Shown here one piece after another: positions 37,880 to 51,580 of a stretch of 64,000 nt of DNA. This stretch comes from Octopus vulgaris (lineage: Eukaryota), in NCBI GenBank assembly GCA_951406725.2, contig OX597818.1, positions 19,592,001-19,656,000 on the forward strand. The letters run 5' to 3'. A model generated the notes under the pieces. It was not told where the DNA came from. It saw only the letters and a program-made list of their open reading frames with translations, and made no database searches. Position numbers and translations under genes: made by a program. Each line of letters starts with the position of its first letter. Positions within the stretch are counted from its first letter, which is position 1.

Positions 37880-39900
37880 TGAGTCGAAATCCAGCAACTT
37901 CTTTGGCAAGTCAGAAGAAATACAAAATGCTATAAAAGAACACGGTAGTGAATACACTACCAAATACTACTACAACCAAAAGACCTTAAACTAAGACCCG
38001 TTATAGCTGCTCCAGCCTGTCCTACACATCGTCTGAGCAACTTCACTGACACATACCCAGTTTCATTCCCAGTCACATACCTAGCCATATACTTAATGAC
38101 ATTGATTTCCTGTCACATCTGTCCAAAACAACAGAATCCAATTCACTGTTATTTAGTTTTGACATAACAAACTTATATACGAATTACTGCCATAAAATAT
38201 TTGGTCGAGAAACATAGAGAAGTGATCCCCGATAGATTTACTGTAACCTTCATACTAAACGCGGTCAGCCTCATCTTCGAAAACAATACATTCCTTTTCA
38301 ACGGAAAAAAAACTACCTCCAAATTCGAGGCAAATTCGAACTATGGAGACGCAATTTGCTCCAGTTTTTGCACTCAGTATTGGGATACTTGGAACAAAAC
38401 CTATATAAAAAAAATTGAAGAAAACTGCGGCATGACCTCTTGGAAGGCATATAGAAGACACATAGAAAAGATACTTCGATGATTGTTTCCTAATTTGGAC
38501 CAAAACCCCTGGAAAATCTGAAAGAATTCAGCACCCTCTTCAACAATCTACACTCTAATCTCAAATTCACAAGAGAAATGAGCAACACAGTTACCGTTTC
38601 TTGACATAATGGTAATTAAAAGCAACACCACAATCACAAATGATAGTTATTACAAAAGTACAAATATACACCAGTATCTGAATCTCAAATCATGCCACCC
38701 AACACACACAAAACGCAACATCCCGTACTGTCTAGCCAGGAAAATTTGTACTATAGTAGATGATCCAAATACCAGGAACATACGACTTATAGAACTCAAA
38801 GGATTTCTGCTCAAGCAAAATTACCCTCCCCTACTTATAGAAAATAGCATACAACCAGGAAAAGAGATACCTATAGAACAACTTAGGGCAACACGAGAAA
38901 GACGAACTCATCAACAGAACACAATACCATTTCTAGTAATGCACACTCCGCATCACTAAAACATATTAACATCATCAAAACTATTAACAAAGGCAAAATT
39001 CAACATGAACAAACAAGGTAAAACATTCACAGTATCCAAGTGTAATGATAACAGATGTGGAATGTGTTAATGCATGCATAATGGTAGATCCATTAGAACA
39101 AAAATTGGACTGATTTTCACATATGCAGATATGAACTGCAAAAGCAGAAATTTGATCTACTGCATTAAATGCATTAATTGCGAGGAACTATACATTGGCG
39201 AGACAGGGAATGCATTATCGGAACGCTCCCGAGTTCACAGACAACACATTCAAAACACCAATGTTCGCCAAATTCCAGTGACGAAAATATAGAAGCATGT
39301 GGTCAGAAAACGTTTCTAATTTTACCTTACCACAAACAAACTACATGACACAAATGAGGTTGGAAGAAAGATAAAAGATAAACGTTTCATTAAAATGTTC
39401 AAACCTGTTCTGAACGGAAACAACAACAATAATATAACAGCCAGTTAATGATGTGGATTAAAAATTATTGTTAACATATAACTATAAACAAATTACAGAA
39501 GACTCCCACCGATTGAAATAAAAACGATCGAAACCAAGTTTTCTCACTCATAAAACCGTTTCATGTAAACCGCAAGCTAATTGGTTAAAATAAAGACGGC
39601 ATCTATGCCAGTAATATCGGTGCGCCCGGCAAACCGTGACGTTTAAGCTGCATGCTGGCTGGTCAAAACCGTATTCGAAAAGTTCAGCTTGTTGGAGCCT
39701 TCTAAAATGTAAAAAGGAAGAAGTCAGTCATTTTACTACAGTTGTCAAGCACTCAACCCAACTGTCAGTCAATACATTTTAAAATTTGATGATAACTACT
39801 AACGTATGAAAGCGTTAATTGAACTTTATAAACATTACAAATACTTTTTTAATGTTTAACACATTTCAACGTTAAAATTTTTTTAATACAGTAATAAAAA
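37880..39900 (+). mobile_element. Decayed Penelope-like element (Neptune-like): RT, Cys linker, GIY-YIG
   Basis: LRPVIAAPACPTHRLSNF; FSFDITNLYTN; QYLNLKSCHPTHTKRNIPYCLARKI; KCNDNRCGMC; CKSRNLIYCIKCINCEELYIGETG; many frameshifts; degenerate hammerhead-like TTGATGA...GAAA near 39786-39820. Confidence 0.88.
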
Positions 39901-41126
39901 ACGTGAAAACCAGACCATTTTGTAACCTTATTCAACTGATATATTATTCTGTACACATTTACACAAATTCGGGGAAAAATACATATATATATGCATATAT
40001 TCTTCCTTCCTTCTTTCCATCAATACATACATACATATTTACATACATACTACTTACCTACGGACGTACATATGATCCAGTTCGGGAATTCTAGAGATGT
40101 GGAGAGCTTTGAGTCACCCCTTAATTATCATTACTCCTGAGTCTGTTCTGACTCGGAACTGTAGAACCTGTTAGCTCTCATCTATATAGAACCTGTTAGC
40201 TCCCTATAAACGCAGCCTGCCCACGAACTAGCAAAGCACATACCTTATATATGTGTGTTCCATATTGTTTATATCGCTCAGGTTGCTTCTAATTCATATT
40301 TGAATATATAAACACAAACACACACACAGTATATATACGATGGGCTTCTTTCAGTTTCCGCCTACCAAATCCATTCACAAAGCTTTGGTCGGCCCGAGAC
40401 TCTTGTAGAAGACACATACCCAAGGTGTCACACATGTGGTTGGGAAGCAATCAATTATTTTTAATTAGTTTTGGAACGAGAGTTTGTGAAATGCTTATTA
40501 AAAAGACGAAATTTTTGAGTATCAGCCAACGTTAAACTCCTTAAAGTAATTACTTATTAATAAAGTAATTAAAGTACTTATTTATTAATAAAAACATTAT
40601 TAATATAAAAAATACATAGAAATGACTAATTATCATTGCACAGAGTGCACAATTACAAAGAAAATTCCCAGCTGTTATTTGCTAGTAATTAAGAAACTTT
40701 TCAAAACAACTCGCGCGCGCGCGCGTGTGTGTGAGGGGGAGAGAGAGATTGTGTCGGAGTCGGGGTGGTACGGCCTCCAAGATTACTTGATTGATTGTAG
40801 CTTCAAGCCTAGAAGTATTGTACCCTATCAAAATTCCCTTTGATGACATGAACTGAATGCACTTATTTTTACCTTGCAGTGATTTTATAGGATAAAGGTG
40901 TAAGAATGAGGTATTAACACGCCACAACGGCAAAGAAAATAGTACGGGTCAATTAATAAGGCGCATTAACACAGCAGGACCTCAGAATACGTTACACAAA
41001 ATATTTCTAACATCATATACTTCGCAGATGCTCTGCTGAAATGGTACAGATTAACCGCAAATTTCAGACAAGAAATAGTAGCAATAAATCATAGCTAATG
41101 ACATTTATATTTGATCTCCGAATATG

Positions 41127-41433
41127 TTGTTGTTTGTTCCTTCTCGAGCCAAGCCTGGCTCATAGGGCCGGTTTCCCGGTCTCCTTGGCGTATAGGTTCC
41201 CCACCTGGACGGGACGCCGGTCCGTCGCAAGTGAGCTGCAAGATGCAGGAGGAAAGAGTGAGAGAAAGTTGTGGTTAAAGAGTCGGCAGAAGTTCGCCAT
41301 TACCTTCTGCCGGAGCCGCGTGGAGCTTAGGTGTTTCGCTCATAAACACACACATCGCCCGTTCTGAGATTCGAACCCGCGATCCCTCGACCGCGAGTCC
41401 GCTACTCTAACCACTAGGCCATGTGCCTCCACT
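41127..41433 (-). mobile_element. tRNA-derived SINE with V-domain-like core and 13-bp TSD
   Basis: Head GGAGGCACATGGCCTAGTGGTTAG...GGTTCGAATC; GCGACGGACCGGCGTCCCGTCCAGG core; (AAC)n tail; TSD ATCTCCGAATATG at 41114-41126 and 41434-41446. Confidence 0.88.
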
Positions 41434-41735
41434 ATCTCCGAATATGCGTTATTACTTGGTGCCTTTCAGAAATTAGGTATCAATAAGAGTTGTGTTCGAC
41501 GTTCTTTATCAGCTGTTATTTCTTGTTAAGTAATTTCATTTGTTTAGTTGTCATACCGAAATATGTTGATATACATGCACACATATACGCACACACACAA
41601 ATACACACAGACACATACGCACGCGCATACAAACATACACACACCACAGCTTATGCATTTCCTCTTTTATGTGTGTGCATGCACGCATGTATGTATGTGT
41701 GCGTGTATATATGTATATATATATGTATGTATATA

Positions 41736-43510
41736 CTAGCTGGTATACCCGGTAATTACCGGGGGTAAAGATGTTCTATTGAAACGCCTTATTACTCTGA
41801 TATAAGAAAGCGATTTCGTTATAACTGCCACAAAAGGTGTATTTTCCGTCGCGAAAAAGTTTTTAAAAACTGTCAGTTGGGGGAGGGAGAGATTGTTGGA
41901 GTGTGGCAAGAGAGGTTTTTGGAGGTTGGCGAAAAAGTACTCATGGCATTTTAAAGGTGAACTTTATGAAGGCTAATTTATTAAAGGTAATATATAAATG
42001 TAGTGTATATGTATATAAATATATGAATGAAGTGTGTTTAATGTTATCTCCATTCCAGCCAGTGGTGGTCTAGAAGATATTAGAAGGGTCAAGCGGCAAA
42101 GACATTATTCTGCTTAGCGAAAGCATCTAGGAAATGTATAACTGCTGCCATTCACAGAAAAACTACTGTTTTACCGTGAGAAAAGTACTGTTGAAGTGAA
42201 ATTTGGTAATCGAGGATGGAATCCACGCTATGCCTGTATGAAGCCACTACAAATACGTTGTGGAAGAAAAACATTTATCTACTGTCATGGAAAAAGTGTA
42301 ACTGTAAAAATGCAGAATTATTGGAGTAATGGGCATTCAAAAAAGTATGTATGTATAGAAATGTATGAATGAAGTCTTTAAGGTTTAAGATTCAAATCAA
42401 GGAAGTGCGATAATAATATTTAGAAGTTCAAAACTGAGTTGTGAAATGCAGAATTAGGTCGGCTGATCGGGAGAATCAAATATTGATCGCTTCGCTAAAA
42501 CTTCAGGTGGTATGAGTTATTTCCCTTGGATTGTTTAAATAAAATATTAGTAAAATGTAGTTAGTAGATAGAAGGATCTATGTATGTCACGAGGTTTCCA
42601 GACATGAGTTCTATTCACGTATCAAATAAAGTATAAAAGTGATATTGTCTGCAAATATTAGAAATTGGACACACAAAATATCAATATTCAAAGTAATCGA
42701 ACATAAACAATAAAACCTGTAAAATATTTCTAAATTCGGTGGCTCAATTAGTTTCATGAAAATGTTGCATGAACTGTAAATAAGCAATAAATATTATTTG
42801 TAAAATAAGAATAATTGATACATAGTATCCCAATTGAATGCGGTGTAGAAGTTTGGCTTCATTTTTTAAGAATTTTAAGCATTCAAAGTATGAGTTCATT
42901 ATGTTGGGACACACTTATTAAATACGTTCAGGAATCAAATATATATGTACAGTCATCGAAAAATTTTAACTGGAAAAATGCAGTATTATCGGAGTTATGG
43001 GCCTTGAAAGTGTACATGAATCACGAAAGTGCAATAATAAGTTTTAGCAGTTGAAAACTGTGAGTAGTGAAATGCAGAGTTAGGTCCGCTGAATCTGGAA
43101 TCAAATATTTATGAACTGTCATCAGAAACGTTTAACTGGAAAAACGCAGAATTATGGGCATTGAAAATGTACATGCATCAAGAAAGTGCAATAATAAGGT
43201 TTAGCAGTTGAAAGCAGTGAGTAGGGAAATGCAGTATTAGGCCCCCTGATCATGAGAATCAAATATTGAGCGCTTCGCTAAAAACTAACAACTGTAAGTG
43301 TAGATGCTATGGGTTATTTCCCTTGGATGTTTAAAAAAATTAGTTATATGAGGTAGATATAAAGATTCCTTCCAGGGGCCGTATTATCGATTTTTTCAAC
43401 AATCTAAGTATGTCACGATGTTTCCAGACATCAAAATCAATAAAACGATGTAGGAGGAGTTAGCTAACAACGCCACAAATAAACACACACCGACTTTCCA
43501 CAAAAGTAGA
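41736..43510 (-). mobile_element. Non-autonomous Helitron (~1.8 kb) with internal repeats
   Basis: Minus strand A|TCTACTTTTG start; hairpin CCCGGTAATTACCGGG (41748-41763); CTAG|T end; internal repeated blocks ~42250-42560 / ~42930-43340. Confidence 0.8.
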
Positions 43511-43649
43511 TGTTTGTATGTATGTATGTATGTATGTATGTATGTATGTATGCATGCATGCATGCATGCATGCATGTATGTATGTATGTATGTATGTATG
43601 TATGTATGTATGTATGTATGTATGTATATATGTATGCATCTATGCATGT

Positions 43650-43682
<33 letters not shown>

Positions 43683-43740
43683 CTGATTGATAGATAGGTA
43701 GCTAGGTAGACAGATAGATAATACACACACATTCATATGT

Positions 43741-43786
<46 letters not shown>

Positions 43787-44817
43787 CATTATTGATGTAA
43801 ATACATCGCGAAAACTAAATTTACTGCAACATTTGTCTACAGATAATATCATATATGGACATGCTATATTTTAAAATATATTTTGGATGCAGCCAAAAAA
43901 CGTCTCTGTAGCGGCTGGTGAGAATGGCTGATGCAGTTCTGCATTATTGAGCTTTGCATGTATTATGTATTCACAACCAACTGTATACTAGGACGAATTT
44001 TGCTATCATGGATACAGCAATTTAGTGAATGGGGAATCACTGATATGCGAATAGCCGTCCGGCTGAATAAAAATCAGTTATATGTAATTATATATATATA
44101 TGATGGATTCTTATTTCTTTATTACCCACAAGGGGCTAAACATAGAGGAGACAAACAAGGACAGATAAAAGGATTAAGTCGATTACATCGACACCAGTGC
44201 GTAACTGGTACTTAATTTATAGACCCCGAAAAGATGAAAAGCAAAGTCAACCTTGGCGGAATTTGAACTGAGAACGTAACGGCCGACGAAATACCGCTAA
44301 ACATTTCGCCCGGCGTGCTAACGTTTCTGCCAGCTCACCTTGTCGTCATGAACGATGAATGAGGGTTCAGTAAAATGAAGTGGTAATCAAGTTCTATGGA
44401 CAGGAATGTGTCTCTTGAGGCCTGTTGGTGCCTTGCAGACCTTTCGGCAGAGGGAACAATTTGAGGACTCAGTTTACTCGAGTGCTTGTGGATCATTTAC
44501 TATGTGTTTTCTTGTGTGAACGGCAAGGAATGCGTTGATCCGTACTACCATAATGACAGGTAAGGTTTCCATTTAGAAGAGTAGCGTTTTGCCAGTAAAA
44601 GACAAAGTTGTCAGCAACTTATCACGGCGCTCTAACGACACTGACACTCTATCACTCTTCATGATTTCATTAATGAGATATATTTTTAATGAAATTATGC
44701 GGATATGTTTAGGGGGCATGTATATTGCTATTATGTCGATGATAACCTACTCCTTATTAGTTCGGTTTAATCAGCGTTCACTGGGTATGCGTGTGTGAGT
44801 GTGTGCGTCTGTGTACA

Positions 44818-44861
<44 letters not shown>

Positions 44862-46125
44862 TGTGTGTGCGTGTGCGTGCATGGTGTGTGCGTGGATAGA
44901 GTGCGATATATTTAAAAGTTAACTCAGCTGTACACCGTTCTAATTAAGGAGCGTATATTTTTGATCGAGGGTGTTAATTTAGGTGTAGTCAAATCAGAGA
45001 TAAAAAAATCAAGTATGGAAAGGGGAAAGGAGGAATGAATAAGTCGTGTTGTGCGTGCGTGCGTGCGTGCATGTGTGTGTGCGTGTGTGTATTTGTGTGT
45101 GTGTGTGTATACGTGTGCGCATGTGTCTTTGTGTATGTGTGTGTGCATGTACGTATGCATGTTTAGATGTGTGTGCATGCATACTTTGTGAGTTACTCCT
45201 TTCAACGATACGCACACTCTCACGCACACTTATGCATACACACGCACATAGGCAAGCAAGCGCGCACATTGAGAGAGGAATGGGAGGAGTGAAGGAGCGA
45301 GAGAGGATGAGAAAGAGAGAGAGGGAGAGAGAGGGGGCGAGAGAGAGAGAGAGAGAAAGTGATAAAGGTTTTGTAGCTGGTGCTCTGCTTGTACGAAATG
45401 ATGAAATTTCATGTCAGTATGCTTCTTTACAATAGGAAAATGTCGAAATCAGATTGCAGATGATGCAGATATTCTGCTGAAACTGTAAGAAGAATGGAAT
45501 GCTAACAAACAAAAACAAAGGAATGGGTAAATAAATATATATCCATTCGGAATTGTATTTTCTTGGCAAATGATTTACCTAAGACGGTGTTGTAACTGGA
45601 AAAAAATACATCTTGGAAGAATCATGATAAATCTTTTGCCATTTTTCTACTTGTTTCATTCATTGAACTCCGACTTTACTGGGGTACCACATAAAGAGGG
45701 CTTTTTTTTTTCTTATATTTAATCGAATGAATTTACCCCAATACTTATCTTTTTAAAGCGAGGCACTGATTCTATCCGTCAGTTTTTGCCGAAGCGCTAA
45801 GTTACAGTTACATAAACAAACCAACACCGGTTGCCAAACACAAATACACGCACACATACACACACACACACACACACACGCGCGCATACATACGTACATA
45901 CATACATATACATATATTCTTTTATTCTTTTACTTGGAGCATCGCCTTAAAGGGTTTTAGTCGAAGAAATCGACGCCAGGACTTATTCTTTGTAAACCTA
46001 GTACTTATTCTATCGATCTCTTTTGCTGAACCGCTAAGTTACGGGGACATAAACACACCAGCATTGGCTGTCAAGTGATGGCGGGGATACAAACACATAC
46101 ACGCATAAATATATACATACATATA

Positions 46126-46184
<59 letters not shown>

Positions 46185-46218
46185 CGTGATGCATATATGA
46201 CTCGCTCTGAGGTTTATC

Positions 46219-46258
<40 letters not shown>

Positions 46259-46294
46259 TGTATATACATACATATATATACATATATATATATG

Positions 46295-46325
<31 letters not shown>

Positions 46326-46534
46326 GTATATATATATATGTGTATATTAATTTATAAAAATATGGTAAAGTAAAAGAATTCACTTTACCACACACCGAAC
46401 TTTTCAGAAATAGCAGCCAAAAATTTGGCTATTTCTTCAACTGCAAATAAAAGTCTCCAGACAATGCATACTCAGAAAAATAACTCACATAGGAATAAGG
46501 GAAAAACAATGAAAGATCACATCCATATACGATA

Positions 46535-46596
46535 CCCGAGGACAGTCTGTTTCTGGATTTGTGGGTAAAACGCCACTTTTCCTTCATCAGCTCAGA
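46535..46596 (-). ncRNA. Type I hammerhead ribozyme motif with canonical core
   Basis: Minus strand: TCTGAG-CTGATGA-A-GGA-aaa-GTGG-loop-CCAC-aaa-TCC-A-GAA-ACAG-a-CTGT-C-CTCGGG; GUC cleavage triplet; 6-bp stem I including two G-U pairs. Confidence 0.75.
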
Positions 46597-46810
46597 GATT
46601 TCTTCCGATTTAGATTTGAAAATACTAAGAATCAAACATACCCGTCCGATATCTGTAACATCGGACAAACTATGCCAGACACCCAGTACTAGCGAATCCA
46701 AAAATACGAATGAGATCTATTATTCTCCCTGTCCGCCCACGTGAGTCATAGAGTATTCCATTTCTATATATATATATATGTATGTATGTATATATATATA
46801 TATGTATATG

Positions 46811-46859
<49 letters not shown>

Positions 46860-47371
46860 GAGGGCATTATTACATATAAATGCCTCACGCTAAGAGGGAC
46901 AATATATATATATACAACAGGTTTCTTTCGCTTCGCACTTATCAAATCCACTCACAAGGATTTGATCGGCCCGGGAGTATAGCAAAAGACACTCGCTCAC
47001 TCAGTAGGACTGAACCCAGCAAGCAAACTTTCAACCCACAGCGAAAACACACACACACACACGTACATACACACACACACCGTTTATTTTTCTTTGTTTT
47101 ACTTCTTGGAAGAATATGCATAACGATGTGGTTAAGAAGTTCACTTTTGATGTGGATCTGAGTTTGATCCCCAAAATTTCAGGCTTTGTACCTATTGTAG
47201 AAAAGATAATTATTAATATTATTGTGCTATTGCTGTTGTAATTTGGTTTGTTTATCATAATTGAGCAATACATGTTTATGAATTATAGTCTATGATAAAT
47301 TATTACTTAAATGTGTTCTGCAAATTGTTGTATTTGTGTGAGTGGTCGCTATATTTCCTTTCATAACTGTC

Positions 47372-47454
47372 ATCTCTGAAGAGCGCAGGGTTAAATAATC
47401 GAGTTGTTATCTAACACCGCATTGAACTCCTAATGCGAAACCGATTTTTAAGAT
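47372..47454 (+). ncRNA. Degenerate hammerhead-like motif
   Basis: ATCT-CTGAAGA-GCGCA...TGC-GAAA-CCGATT...AGAT; stems I and III imperfect. Confidence 0.35.
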
Positions 47455-47853
47455 CAACTCTAATGGATATATAATACTGTACACTTCGATTAATATATGG
47501 TAACCAGTGACGATTATACAATTCTGTAAATAATAATAGTAACAATAATATTTTATAAGCTTAAAACTTATAAGCGAACACCATGCATTGACTAAGGTGC
47601 CCCAGTTTGTTTAAAACGGAACGAATTACTGACCAGATGGCAAATCGTTTAAAATGCAATAAGAGAAATAATGAATGTACCCACTGTATAATGAAAAGAT
47701 AATGAGAAAATATTCAGTTACCAGTGGTTTTAAGGATAGCTCAAGAAATATGATACGGTGAAGCAAAGCGTTTTATCGCAGTATGGAATAGAATTACGGA
47801 AAAGGCGATTTACGCAAAAAAATAATAATAAATAATAACAATGATGATGATAA

Positions 47854-47934
<81 letters not shown>

Positions 47935-48154
47935 AATCAAACCTACTGTAAAGAAACTAGATCAAATACGTAACAGTAGAAAAATAGAAATACATACAAA
48001 TGATGGTGATAAGGAATTTGTGTAAAATGGAAGGAATGCGGGTAATTAAAATAGGAAACAGTCGTAACGGAGAATGTAAAAATTTGACTTGGCTTCCCTG
48101 AATTACGAAAAGGAACAAATGAATACTTTTTTAAAAATGTAAATCATACACACC

Positions 48155-48197
<43 letters not shown>

Positions 48198-48579
48198 TAG
48201 TCAGGTAGGGTTAGACATGTTCAGATGAGTCAAACAAACATAACCCACCCTGCAGCTCTCTTTTAAATATAATTATCACATTTTTTTTTTCGGACTTTTT
48301 ACTCATTTCAGTCGTTGGATTGTGACCGTGCTGTCGTACGACCTTGAACGGCAAACTTACATAGGCAAACCAAAAGAGGCCGAGAAAATACGTACCAGAC
48401 TTTAAAACAAATATGTACATGAGTCGATTTGTTCGACTAGATCCCTTCAAGGCAGTGCTCCAGCATGAGACCGCAGTCCAATGACTGAAACAAGTAAAAG
48501 ATTTAAAAAAAATTTTTTTTTTTTTACTATCAGAATATCCAGTAATCAAAACACAGAGATTCAGATACTGTTTTGAAAA

Positions 48580-48626
<47 letters not shown>

Positions 48627-49183
48627 ACAATGAATAAACGAAAAAAGACATTGGAGGGGCGATGCATAACCCTGTGCACAGATAAATTTTTTTGCAAATT
48701 ATAGTGTGGCTTACAATGCTTTTTAATTGAGCTAAATTGAGCTTTATAAGTGCTTGACTAAAAGATTTGAAACCTAAGTAGTTGACAGTTAGAAGTAGAC
48801 TTGATCGATGTCTACGCCAAACGCATATGAGTAAAATTTGCATATGACTAAATAAATGATTATTCAAATAATAATCATGATTATGAAAATGAAAGTGAGC
48901 AAAATGAAATACTTATAGAAAATATTGCATAGAATTTGAGAAGTGTTTTCAACGTCTTTCAATGATGGCAGGCGAATCAAACGTACTGTAGTTCGTTGTA
49001 GAATATAAATAATATGATTTCTTGCTAATGGGAAAATTTATAAGTTCAATTTTTTTTATTATCTTTTTTTTTTTTCTAAATATCACCATTATAGGTATTT
49101 ATACTCAGGTGAAATTAAGAAATCAAGCCATAAATAAAAGAAACCCACGAAGCCACCACTGTACACACACAGTCGCATATCTA

Positions 49184-49218
<35 letters not shown>

Positions 49219-49483
49219 ATGTATGTATGTATGTATGTATGTATGTATGTATGTATTTATGTACCCATGCGTGTCTATGTGCATAGGTACACCATGATCT
49301 ATACACACGCAGACGAGGGTCAAATCAAATGATATATATATATTTATATTGTGCACTTTTCCTTGACAGTAAAATCAGCAAAAATACTCCATCTGGTGAG
49401 AGATAAATAGTATTTAATAGACATAATATATGTTTTTATGTGCTAATAATAGATTCTTGTGGTGAGAACATGCCAAAACGATG

Positions 49484-49735
49484 CTTACCCTGCGTGTACA
49501 TAAATTCTTTCGCAAACTATTTCCAGTCAAAACATTTTGATTCACCCGTCCGTCAGTTTTGAAGATAATCAAACCAAATTTTCATCATTTCGAGCCACTC
49601 ACCCACTGAGAATTTCTGCTAAATTTAGAGAAAATCCGTTCGGCCGTTTTCCAGTAATTTTGCAAACACACAGGCAAACAGGCGAAGCGGAATGACTACA
49701 GTACCCTGCTTTCGCTTACGCGCGCATGGTAATAA
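49484..49735 (-). mobile_element. Helentron-associated (HINE/DINE-1-like) element remnant
   Basis: Minus strand TTATTACCATGC...GCAGGGTA subterminal inverted motif followed by a (GCCTGTTT) microsatellite; second GCAGGGTAA near the other end. Confidence 0.5.
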
Positions 49736-50043
49736 ACACATTACCTACTTTGAAGTATTTGCTCCGGTGATTAAAGAAAACCAAATCAAATTTTGCATTC
49801 CCCATTACAACTCTTACTGCATTTTTACTATGGTTAATGTTAGTAAAATTTATGATAAATTTAAAGAAAGTTTATTATTGTTAGGCGCAGACGTGGCAGT
49901 GTAGGAAGAAGCTTGCTTCCCAACAAACGGGCTCCGGGGTCAGTCCCACTGCATGACAAGTGTCTACTACTTTAGCATCAGACTGGCCAAAGCCTTGTGA
50001 GTGGACTTGGAAGATGGAAACTGAAAAGCCTGTCATGTGTATA

Positions 50044-50090
<47 letters not shown>

Positions 50091-51580
50091 TAACACACAT
50101 ATTTATATCTGTGTGTGTCTTTAAGTTTGTCCTCAACAACCGGTGTTGATGTGTTTACGTCCCCGTAACTTATCGGTGCGACAAAAGAGTGCGTCAGAAT
50201 AAGCACCAGGCTTCAATAATAAAAATAAGTCATGGGGTCGATTCATTCGACTACAAATTTCTTCAAGCATGACTGCAGTATAATGACTGAAATAAGTAAA
50301 AGATAAAAAAATATTTTAAATAAAACTCATTGGAAATCTAGACAGTTAAAATGTAGCATGCGGTATATATGTACTTTTACAACGTTTTTTTTTTTTTTTT
50401 CATCTATTGAAATATCTTTTATGGCGAGCATTAGATTATGGTGTGCTATATCGGATAGATCAACCTATTAGAAGTGAACATTTATCTAAAAAAAAAATTA
50501 AATGATGATTAAAGACGATATATATCATGGGCGTAATCGGGATTTCGACAAGGAATAATTCTCTATGATTAAAATGGATCCACCTTTAGCCGTTTAAAAA
50601 ACTAAATGCTTGATAATGATTATATTTCAAGGGAGTGACGGTGGGGTAGATCCCTAGGCTATTAATGTTCTCTCTCACTTTGCAGATGCCTATATCCTGA
50701 GTCTGCTGGAGTCAAAACAAGACAACTGCTGTGCCAATGATCCCCTACCGAACAGGAGAAATACATGCCCCTGACTTACCTCTTGTCTCCAGACAGACTG
50801 TCTTTTATTTAATGATATGTTAATTCCGGAGAATTCTTCATCCATAGGATTATATCCTTTTTTCAATCAGATTCAGTTGCTGCTGACGCTAGACATTTGG
50901 TTTATCTTCTCAAGAAGCGAAAATAATCCAATAAATCGAGAATTTATCTTGTATTAAATACACCTTTGTTTATCTCTACATACATACAAACATACATATA
51001 TTATGCATACATACATACATTACAGACAGACAGACAAACAGACAGGCAGGCAGGCAGGCAGGTAGGCAGATAGACATGCGTACATACATGTATAGCGGCT
51101 ATCGACTCGTTAGAAAAGTACGACCATTGATGACAAATTATCTTATTTGTGTTTTGTTGAGGCGGGGGTTAATTACCGTAGGACCAACACTAGCTTTTAA
51201 ATCCAGCAAGTGACTTGCATTTTTGATACAGATGCGCCATTCATATACACTCGTTGCAAGTGGATGCTCATTCTGAAAAGTACGTTGATAGCATACTTTC
51301 ATGCATGCATACATGTTGCGTGTCAATTCGTAAAAAAGAGTAAAGACCCCCTTCGGTCATGAATGACCATGGGATTACTCCTAGAATGTTACCCTCCAAG
51401 GCACAAATCCGGGCAAATTTGTTTATGGAAAACCACCAGTCACCCATGCATATCAGCCTTCCCGCTCCACGCCACCGATGTTATACAGCTTTCCACCAGT
51501 GACGTCGTTATTCATTTCTACAGCTGAGTGAACTGGAGCAACGTGAAATAAAGTGCTTCGCTCAAGAACACAACACTCAG

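Noticed and set aside
44439-44559. Possible exon bounded by TTGCAG and GTAAGG
   Set aside because: Stops in all three frames and no homology recognised.
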